DNA from: an uncultured Planctomycetia bacterium
GTDB lineage: Bacteria; Omnitrophota; Gorgyraeia; VGKH01; JBHPFN01
Assembly: GCA_964406665.1 (NCBI GenBank)
Contig: CAYOSQ010000007.1
Coordinates: forward strand, 11,364-75,363
Length of the DNA stretch: 64,000 nt
Direction: 5' to 3'
The position numbers were made by a program, and so were the translations under genes. A model generated the notes under the pieces. It saw nothing but the letters and a program-made list of their open reading frames with translations. It did not search any database and was not told the DNA's origin. Below, piece after piece: positions 46,673-54,414 of this stretch. Positions within the stretch are counted from its first letter, which is position 1. Each line of letters starts with the position of its first letter.

Positions 46673-47854
46673 TTACTGACTTCTAATACCGTATTCTTCC
46701 ACAATGAATCTTTTCCATTTATCTTCGAACTTATCAAAGTTGTCCCCAAAAACCTTCTCTAGCGCACTCTCTGCAGACATGCCCATTCCCAGATATTCCA
46801 ATATATTTTTGAGCCCGCTATTTCCAACTCTTTTTACAATAAAATCTACAAGTAGATAAGACTCGATATACATAAGGGTTACCATGTTCATATCTTTCAT
46901 ATGCGAAAAATCCTGAGGTATCTGCCTTATAGGCCTTATACCAAAATGAGAAATATATTTTTTTATTAAATCCCTATCTCTCATTTCTACAAAATCTTCC
47001 GCTTTGCTTGCAATTCCTTCATTAAGCCATAATGGACAGTTACCTTTAGTTATTTCATGCACGAGTGCATGCGCATATTCATGATAAACAATTTTTATAA
47101 CATCCTGATCAGTATACTTAAATTTATTTACAGGAATTCTTAACTTTCCATCAAAAATAGCCATTGTCCAATGAGGCCTTCGATGTAACAATTGGTCATA
47201 ATTATTCTCTGAATACAATATTGCGATAACTTTATTAGCAGGATATTGATCAAGAAACATCCCTACCCTTCCATATCCTTCTTCAAGATATGTTCTAATA
47301 TAGGATAATTTATTTACTGGCAGATCGCTAGAATAAGCTATCACGAAATGCATTGTTTCATATTTACCAAAACTCTTCTCGACCTTCTCTTCGCCGCTTA
47401 CTTTATCTAGAAGTTCCCTTAAACCTTTAAGTTCTGGCTTTAAGGCATAGGCTTTACTTAGATATACTTTTGCCTTTTTCATATCCTGAATCCTATAATA
47501 GGCCTGGCCGATATTGTAAAGAGTAAATGGATTACCTTGGTCAAAATTGAGAGCTTGCTCAAACTTCTCAATTGCCAGCCCTGGATTACCATTATTCATA
47601 AGATAAAATGCATAGTTGTTGTAAGCAATTGAAAGGTTCTTTTTAATATTATTATTGGCAGGACTATAAAGATGGGCAGTCTTTAAATCATTTATTGCAC
47701 CTTGGTAATTATTGTTTCTGAGCTTGTTCAGGCCACTTTCATTATATTTGTAAGCCGCCTCATCTGAGCAAAACGCAAGCTTAACAAACAATAAAAAAGC
47801 TAGTAAAACCATAAAGGGTATGATTCTGCGAAAAGTTTTTTTTGTCATCAACAA
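46673..47854 (-). CDS. TPR-repeat protein with a C-terminal Peptidase_MA-like HExxH domain
   Basis: N-terminal signal/TM, TPR-like repeats, then YHEYAHALVHE...PLWLNEGIASKAE (the HExxH...P.W..EG.A pattern of the Peptidase_MA_2 family). Confidence 0.45.
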   Translation of the reverse strand: MLMTKKTFRRIIPFMVLLAFLLFVKLAFCSDEAAYKYNESGLNKLRNNNYQGAINDLKTAHLYSPANNNIKKNLSIAYNNYAFYLMNNGNPGLAIEKFEQALNFDQGNPFTLYNIGQAYYRIQDMKKAKVYLSKAYALKPELKGLRELLDKVSGEEKVEKSFGKYETMHFVIAYSSDLPVNKLSYIRTYLEEGYGRVGMFLDQYPANKVIAILYSENNYDQLLHRRPHWTMAIFDGKLRIPVNKFKYTDQDVIKIVYHEYAHALVHEITKGNCPLWLNEGIASKAEDFVEMRDRDLIKKYISHFGIRPIRQIPQDFSHMKDMNMVTLMYIESYLLVDFIVKRVGNSGLKNILEYLGMGMSAESALEKVFGDNFDKFEDKWKRFIVEEYGIRSQ

Positions 47855-47926
47855 TCATTATAGGCTTAATTGTATGGCTGTCAATAAAACTAACCGTGTT
47901 TTAAATTTTAAAAAGATAAGATGTAA

Positions 47927-47956
47927 TTGACCTATCTATGAACCTAATGGTATAAT
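47927..47956 (+). promoter_or_regulatory. Near-consensus sigma70-type promoter: TTGACC, 18 nt spacer, TATAAT
   Basis: TTGACC at 47927-47932 and TATAAT at 47951-47956, seen directly. The -10 ends 1 nt before the ATG at 47958. Confidence 0.4.
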
Positions 47957-47957
47957 T

Positions 47958-49313
47958 ATGCAAAATAATAAGAGAATTTATCATAAAATGTCAAAAAGAT
48001 CTAATTACTATCTCAAAGAAATTGAAAATTATATAAATTTCCTGATCCCACCCCATTCTTCTGTATTAATGTTGGGTTGTGGATGCGGTGAAATCTTAGG
48101 CTCGCTTAAACCCTCTCGAGGATTAGGCATTGACTGCGAAATCAAAAACATAGACGCCGCAAGAAAAAGCTTCCCCTCTCTTGAATTTCAAGCTGGCATA
48201 AATGAGCTAAAAAATATTCATGAGAAATTTGATTATATCCTAATCTATGACATCCCTAATGATATAGATTCGCTTAAGAAAACTTTAAAAATACTAGAAA
48301 GTTGCTCCCTGTCAGATTCTCGAATTATAATAATCCATGATAAGAAAAAAACCTGCCCTGAATGTAATGCTAAGAATAAAGTTTCTACTCTTAAGTGGAG
48401 TGCTATTAAAGGTGCTATTTCACAAGAATCAATCGAACCCATTAAAGAAGCCCATAGAACTCTCATTTGCAAATATATTCCACTTATTTCAGTGCTTTTC
48501 AATAAAATAATCATAAACCTACCGATTTTCTGGAGATTTTCTTTAATTAATATTCTAGTAGCCAAACCTACTAAAACCAGAAAACCCCAAAAAGATGTAT
48601 CCTGCTCTGTCATAATTCCCTGCCGTAACGAAAAAGGTAATATTGAACCTGCAATTAAAAGAACTCCCAAGATGGGTAGTCATACAGAATTTATCTTTAT
48701 AGAAGGACATTCTCAAGACGGTACGCTTGAAGAATGCTACAGAGTGCAAAAGGCTTATCCAGAAAAAGATATAAAAGTATTCGTACAAGACAACGTAGGC
48801 AAGCGAGATGCAGTATACAAGGGCTTCGCTAATGCGAAAGGCGATATTTATATAATACTTGATGCAGATTTAACAGTTTTACCAGAAGACCTGTCTAAAT
48901 TTTTCAACGCTATCGCCTCAGGAAAAGGAGAATTCATAAATGGCTCAAGGTTAGTTTTAAAAATGGAAAAAGAAGCAATGCGAAAACTAAATTGGCTGGC
49001 TAATAAATTTTTTGGCTTTATGTTCTCCTATTTGCTCTCACAAAAACTCACTGATACATTATGTGGAACAAAAGTTTTGTGGAAAGATGATTTTCAAAGA
49101 ATAGTCGCTGGCAGATGCTATTTTGGTAACTTTGACCCCTTTGGTGATTTTGACCTAATACTCGGATCTGCAAAATTAAATCTAAAATTTGTTGAAATCC
49201 CCATCAGGTATCAAGCTAGAAAATATGGCTCTACTCAGATATCGAGATTTAGGCATGGGCTACTGCTTCTTAAAATGACAATATTTGCCATGAGAAAAAT
49301 AAAATTTATTTAG
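47958..49313 (+). CDS. Fusion: class I SAM methyltransferase (N-terminal) plus GT2 polyprenyl-phosphate glycosyltransferase (C-terminal)
   Basis: VLMLGCGCGEILGSL (MT motif I), then CSVIIPCRNEKGNIEPAIKR ... ILDADLT (GT2 DxD). The real start may be the Met at 47988, given the promoter position. Confidence 0.7.
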   Translation: MQNNKRIYHKMSKRSNYYLKEIENYINFLIPPHSSVLMLGCGCGEILGSLKPSRGLGIDCEIKNIDAARKSFPSLEFQAGINELKNIHEKFDYILIYDIPNDIDSLKKTLKILESCSLSDSRIIIIHDKKKTCPECNAKNKVSTLKWSAIKGAISQESIEPIKEAHRTLICKYIPLISVLFNKIIINLPIFWRFSLINILVAKPTKTRKPQKDVSCSVIIPCRNEKGNIEPAIKRTPKMGSHTEFIFIEGHSQDGTLEECYRVQKAYPEKDIKVFVQDNVGKRDAVYKGFANAKGDIYIILDADLTVLPEDLSKFFNAIASGKGEFINGSRLVLKMEKEAMRKLNWLANKFFGFMFSYLLSQKLTDTLCGTKVLWKDDFQRIVAGRCYFGNFDPFGDFDLILGSAKLNLKFVEIPIRYQARKYGSTQISRFRHGLLLLKMTIFAMRKIKFI

Positions 49314-49323
49314 AGAGGCTATT

Positions 49324-50814
49324 TTGGGAAAAGGTAAAAAAGCAAAATTAGAATTAGAGAAAAGAAATGTAATCATTGTTATTGCAATAATCTTTGCAGT
49401 TGGGCTATTTTACTTCTTTACTTTAAGAGAAGGCCACAACTGGGGTGGAGATTTTGCCATGTATATCCATCATGCTAAGAATATTGCAGAGGGCTTAAAC
49501 TATAGGGAAACCGGATATATATTTAACCCTCTAAACCCGATTGCCCCTAAAACCTTTCCTCCTGTTTTCCCTCTTTTGCTGTCGCCGATTTATTTAATAT
49601 TCGGCTTAAATTTAGCCGTAATGAAAGTCGAGGTAGTTTTATTCTTCCTAGCATCAGTTTTTTTAATGTTTCAAATATTCAAGGATGATCTACCGTTTAA
49701 ATATATTATCCCTCTTATTATTCTAATAAGCCTTCATCCATTCTTCTGGTCTTTCAGGAATAACGTCATTTCTGATTTTCCGTTTTTATTTTTTGTATAT
49801 TTAAGCATCTTTTTAATCCACAGAAAGCGACCCAAGGATAAATCCAAGAAATTTCAATTCCTAAATGCTGTCTTAACTGGATTTGCTGTATACTTAGCCT
49901 GCGGAACAAGAAGTATAGGCATTGTATTAATTCCCACTTTGATTTTAAGCGAGATTTCTCGATATAGAAAAATAACTAAGTTTTCAGTAATTTCCACACT
50001 CACCACAATTCTATTTTTGCTATTACAAACAATCTTCTTTTACAGCGCACGGGGAAATCTGGAGTTCTTCTTCTTAAGCAAAAAAGTTGTATTATTTAAT
50101 ATTTCGATGTATTCAAAGATAGCTTTCTTGTTCTGGAATAACGGATATATCCAACCTTTGAGCTTAGGACTATTAATCTTAATGTGCATTTTAGCTGCAG
50201 CCTCTTACATAACCAGAACCAGAAAAAAAATCACTGCATTGGAAATATTTCCTTTCTTTTACTCAATTCCAATTATTGTTTGGCCATACTTTGATGGCCC
50301 AAGATTTATTTTCCCGCTTATTCCTCTCTTCTTATTCTATGCTTTTACTGGACTTTACAGAATTATCTTAAATCGCAAGAAAAAAATCGAGAAAATTGCA
50401 TTTATCACAGTTTTCTCTTTATGTTTTTTAACTTATTTTCTTCAATACACAAAGATGGATTTCGGCAAAATACATGAAGGAATAGCTAAAAAGGAGAGCG
50501 TCGAACTCTTTAACTACATCAAAAAATCTTCTGAAAAAGACGATGTTTTCATCTTCGTAAAGCCGCGAGTATTATCTTTTTATACCGAAAGAAAAACCGC
50601 AATTTATCCTATAGTAAAAAATGATACTGAATTCTGGAAATATCTTTTGCAAATAAAAGCTAGTTATTTAATTGTTAACAAAAACTTTCCTAATGATTTG
50701 AGAATACTTTTACCATTTGTTTTAAAATTCAAAAGCTATTTAAGCAACGTATTTTCTAATGATGACTTTATTCTACTCAAAATCCAGTGGAACTTATTAC
50801 CCTACAATAAGTAA
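49324..50814 (+). CDS. PMT_2/ArnT-like GT-C membrane glycosyltransferase
   Basis: GGDFAMYIHHAKNIAEG...TFPPVFPLLLSPIYLIFGLNLAVMK is the PMT_2-type N-terminal loop. About 11-12 TM helices. Confidence 0.6.
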   Translation: MGKGKKAKLELEKRNVIIVIAIIFAVGLFYFFTLREGHNWGGDFAMYIHHAKNIAEGLNYRETGYIFNPLNPIAPKTFPPVFPLLLSPIYLIFGLNLAVMKVEVVLFFLASVFLMFQIFKDDLPFKYIIPLIILISLHPFFWSFRNNVISDFPFLFFVYLSIFLIHRKRPKDKSKKFQFLNAVLTGFAVYLACGTRSIGIVLIPTLILSEISRYRKITKFSVISTLTTILFLLLQTIFFYSARGNLEFFFLSKKVVLFNISMYSKIAFLFWNNGYIQPLSLGLLILMCILAAASYITRTRKKITALEIFPFFYSIPIIVWPYFDGPRFIFPLIPLFLFYAFTGLYRIILNRKKKIEKIAFITVFSLCFLTYFLQYTKMDFGKIHEGIAKKESVELFNYIKKSSEKDDVFIFVKPRVLSFYTERKTAIYPIVKNDTEFWKYLLQIKASYLIVNKNFPNDLRILLPFVLKFKSYLSNVFSNDDFILLKIQWNLLPYNK

Positions 50815-50874
50815 CTACGGTATTTCCAGAACGCTCAATCATAAACAAAATTGATAAATAAACAGTAACTCTGC

Positions 50875-50891
50875 AGTAAATGGCATTTACT
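50875..50891 (+). terminator. Weak hairpin AGTAAAT-ggc-ATTTACT followed by TTGTTATC
   Basis: Seen in sequence 60 nt downstream of the 49324-50814 stop. AT-only stem, so it is weak. Confidence 0.25.
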
Positions 50892-50939
50892 TTGTTATCA
50901 AATTGAATTATAATAATCTAAGAAAAGAATTCAAATAAT

Positions 50940-53111
50940 ATGAAAATAATCATTTTTTCACTTATAGGTCTGTTTTTAGTTTTTCTTCTGCTAATATCTC
51001 TTCTTTTAAGCATAGATCGCCTTAGTTCGAGAAAATCAACAAAATCATCAATACCAAAAAAGATAACAAGAAAAACATCAAAAGCTAAAAAGATATTTTT
51101 CAACAGCTTGTTTATCTTGTTGCTGTCTTTTATTTCAATTGCGCTTGTTTATACATCTTACAATATTAATTCAATGGTTTCCAAAAAGAGTTCCACTTCA
51201 GACAAAAAAAAGACTGTTCTAGATAAAAGTATTCAAGGTGGGGTTTTAGAAAATAGCTCTGGTAGAGACTATTCTATCGATACAAAAACCGCATCTTCAA
51301 AAATATCAAAAGAAACAAGCAGTAAAGAAAGTGGCTCTTTAACCACATCTGAACAAAAATACTCACGAGGCCAAAGCGAAACTGCCGAATCAACTTTTTT
51401 AATGGATATCCCCTCAAGCACTCAAGAATCATCCACTTTGACAACTTTTTCTGACACTTTTACACCAACTACTTCAGAATTTGATTCTTCAACTTTTTTG
51501 AACATTATGTCTTCATCCTTTTCGAAAAATAAAGATGAAAAAGAATCAAAGCCTATTGCTTACTTAAAAGGTGCAAAGCCTGGTGAAATATTTATCACTG
51601 CTTTTTACGATCAAATGAAAAATGGTAAATTCACAAAATCTGAAAAGATAGGTTTTTCTCAATCTGAAAATAACCTTTGCAACAATATAAATATAGCCAT
51701 AAACCTGCCTAGCTTAAGAAAATCCCAACTAACACAACTTCCCTTTACTATCAATGGTTCAATTGTACCCCAAACTTCTAAAGATTTACCCTTAGAATTA
51801 AATAAAAAGGGAATTTTAAAACCTTTAAAAGATTTTAAAAAAAGTGAGTTTGATTATACGATAAAAAACTGCATAGGATCACCCAGTATCGTCCTAGAGA
51901 GAAAAAAGACAGAATGGTTAACGAAAGAGATAAAAAACATACCTGAGGAACTAATTGGGTTTTTAAAAGCAGTAAAAGAAAAAAATAGTTTTGTAAAACT
52001 TGCCACTGTAGCATCTATATTGAATTCCTATTTCGGATATCAGGCTTCTCTTGAACCAATTGAACTACCTAAAAACAATACCTGGGGAAATCTTTTAACA
52101 GAAAAAATAGCTCTTAATGAAAAGCTGCTTTGCGACTGCGATGTATTATCAACCTATTCTTACATTTTTCTTCAATATTTGGATTTCAACCCAATCTTAC
52201 TTATTGGTTATTTTAACAGCCCTAAACATAGCGAATCTCTAATGGCTGAGGAACTACATGCAACTCTATTGATTGAATCAGATGGTAAATGGATTATATT
52301 TGAGCCAACACTGTTCGTTCATAATTTTACTTTTGAAATTATCAAAAAGAAATTAAAAATTATCGGACCAGTTTTTAAAGGCATTCTTTCTACTGATTTA
52401 ACCGAAAGAGGTATTGATCCAGAATCGTCCATGTCTTATATAATTGAGAATTCTGAAATCGGCTATTTCAGAATTCCTGAAAGCATATCAGAAGACCTGG
52501 AAGAAATTAATCATCAATCTCAAGCAGAAATTAAGCTCGCTAAATTGATTATAGAAATATTGTCTTTTAAGGATAATAAGTCTAAAAATTATAATGATAG
52601 CGGAGACACCACTTTTCCTATAATGTTATTAGTTCAATCTTCTATTGTAATGTATTTTTTGAGCATTATTTTAATTAAGCTATTCGCCGCACTCAAAGGT
52701 TTTAGAAGAATTGTATTCCCTATAGATAAACCATTCTTTTACATCTATCATTTGTTGCTTTTTGCTGTTTTTGTGAGCATATTAAGCCGTTCTCTTGCAG
52801 GCGAAGCTTCAGCCTATTGGAGCAAATCAACAACCGCTAACTTCTTAGGAATCACTTTTTGCCTATCTGCTGGTATAAGTAGTGCTATATTAATGATCGT
52901 CTTTCTATTTTCTGATAAAACTGAAACTATGTACAGCAATAAACTTATCCAATCCATCAATGACAGATCGTACCTTATCGTTGGATTACTATTCACTATT
53001 TCTGCCTTACTCTACTCTCCAAGCAATATTGTCTTTATAAGTTCGCTTTTAATAATAGTTCTATTTATTGTAGAAATAAAAAAAATATGCGATAATCTAA
53101 AGATAGTTTGA
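50940..53111 (+). CDS. Membrane-anchored transglutaminase-like protein with an S/T-rich linker and C-terminal TM helices
   Basis: N-terminal TM, then a ~120-aa Ser/Thr-rich low-complexity region. Transglutaminase-like core: Cys in LLCDCDVLSTYSY, His in ELHATLLIE, acid in GKWIIFEPT. Four or more C-terminal TM helices follow. Confidence 0.55.
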   Translation: MKIIIFSLIGLFLVFLLLISLLLSIDRLSSRKSTKSSIPKKITRKTSKAKKIFFNSLFILLLSFISIALVYTSYNINSMVSKKSSTSDKKKTVLDKSIQGGVLENSSGRDYSIDTKTASSKISKETSSKESGSLTTSEQKYSRGQSETAESTFLMDIPSSTQESSTLTTFSDTFTPTTSEFDSSTFLNIMSSSFSKNKDEKESKPIAYLKGAKPGEIFITAFYDQMKNGKFTKSEKIGFSQSENNLCNNINIAINLPSLRKSQLTQLPFTINGSIVPQTSKDLPLELNKKGILKPLKDFKKSEFDYTIKNCIGSPSIVLERKKTEWLTKEIKNIPEELIGFLKAVKEKNSFVKLATVASILNSYFGYQASLEPIELPKNNTWGNLLTEKIALNEKLLCDCDVLSTYSYIFLQYLDFNPILLIGYFNSPKHSESLMAEELHATLLIESDGKWIIFEPTLFVHNFTFEIIKKKLKIIGPVFKGILSTDLTERGIDPESSMSYIIENSEIGYFRIPESISEDLEEINHQSQAEIKLAKLIIEILSFKDNKSKNYNDSGDTTFPIMLLVQSSIVMYFLSIILIKLFAALKGFRRIVFPIDKPFFYIYHLLLFAVFVSILSRSLAGEASAYWSKSTTANFLGITFCLSAGISSAILMIVFLFSDKTETMYSNKLIQSINDRSYLIVGLLFTISALLYSPSNIVFISSLLIIVLFIVEIKKICDNLKIV

Positions 53112-53123
53112 TTTTAAAATCGC

Positions 53124-54410
53124 ATGAAAATGAAAAACTTAATTCACATACTTTTTATTTCTATTGCTACCATATCTTTTTTAACTATGCAGCCTTGTCC
53201 TTTTTTAATAGCTTTAGGAGATACGAAACCTGCCATAGAGGAAGAAATTCCCGATTACTATATGCCCTACTTGGAGTTTTTAGAAGAAGTTTACAATAAA
53301 ATGGACCAATATTACTATAAGCCTATTTCAAAAGATGTTTACGATACTTATGTGGAAAAGTACAAAAGATCTGTTTTGAGTAAGATCGGAAAACATGATA
53401 AAAAAATTAATAGAATTGCTCATATTGGAGCAGGTCTTATGGTTAACCATTTAAAGGATAGAAAAGAAGATAACTTTACTAATTTTATTCCACCAAAAGA
53501 GGCTAAAGAATATGCAAAGAAAGTATACGGCTATGAAAACGGCATAGGAATAACTGGAACTGTAACCGAAAAAGGATATAAGATTACTCATGTACAAATA
53601 AGGTCAGATGCCTATAAAAAAGGCATATCTTCAGAAGATATTGTTCTTAAAATTAATGATTTTGATATCTTATCGCTAAGCGAAGAAGATTTAAATAATT
53701 ATCTTTTCCCCCCACTAGAAACAATAATTAAACTGGAAATTCTTTCATACAAAGAAGAAAAAACTAAGATATATAAAGTTGTCTGCGAAGAATATTTTAA
53801 AGAAACAATTACCAATATTTCTACCAACACACCTAGAGTTTTTTGCTTAAAAATTCATACATTCAACAGAAAAACTTCCGATGATTTTAAGGAATACATT
53901 AAAGATTTTACAAAAAAAGATATCGATTTACTTATCATTGATCTAACAGATAATCCTGGAGGCCCCCCTTTGGCAGTACATGAGCTTTCTGGAATATTCT
54001 TCCCTCCCGAAACCAAGCTGGTTTACTACAAAAAAAGGGAGGCTGAAAAGTTTGGCTTAATATCGCCGGAATCAAATATCCACTATGATGGAAAGGTTGC
54101 AATTTTAGTAAATAAAATGAGTGGGAGCGCTTCTGAAATTCTTGCCGGTACAATGAAAGCCTACAAAAGAGCTATTGTCGTGGGAAAAGAATCAACGGCA
54201 GGAAGAGCATTTCTTAAAAGCACCTTCAATTTTGAAGATGGCTCTATGCTCGCCATGGTAACCGGTTTTGCCTATCTTGCCGATGGAACTAAATTCGGCA
54301 TGGAAGGTGTCTCTCCAAATGTAAAAGTACCAATGGATGCAGATAACATGTTATTATATATTATTGATAAATACAAAGAAAACGCCTTAGCCAAACCAAG
54401 CCTTCAATAA
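53124..54410 (+). CDS. S41-family C-terminal processing (tail-specific) peptidase
   Basis: A PDZ-like segment, then DLTDNPGGPPLAVHELSGIFF and KMSGSASEILAGTMKAYKRAIVVGKESTAGRAF (the Ser/Lys dyad region). Confidence 0.85.
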   Translation: MKMKNLIHILFISIATISFLTMQPCPFLIALGDTKPAIEEEIPDYYMPYLEFLEEVYNKMDQYYYKPISKDVYDTYVEKYKRSVLSKIGKHDKKINRIAHIGAGLMVNHLKDRKEDNFTNFIPPKEAKEYAKKVYGYENGIGITGTVTEKGYKITHVQIRSDAYKKGISSEDIVLKINDFDILSLSEEDLNNYLFPPLETIIKLEILSYKEEKTKIYKVVCEEYFKETITNISTNTPRVFCLKIHTFNRKTSDDFKEYIKDFTKKDIDLLIIDLTDNPGGPPLAVHELSGIFFPPETKLVYYKKREAEKFGLISPESNIHYDGKVAILVNKMSGSASEILAGTMKAYKRAIVVGKESTAGRAFLKSTFNFEDGSMLAMVTGFAYLADGTKFGMEGVSPNVKVPMDADNMLLYIIDKYKENALAKPSLQ

Positions 54411-54414
54411 AATT

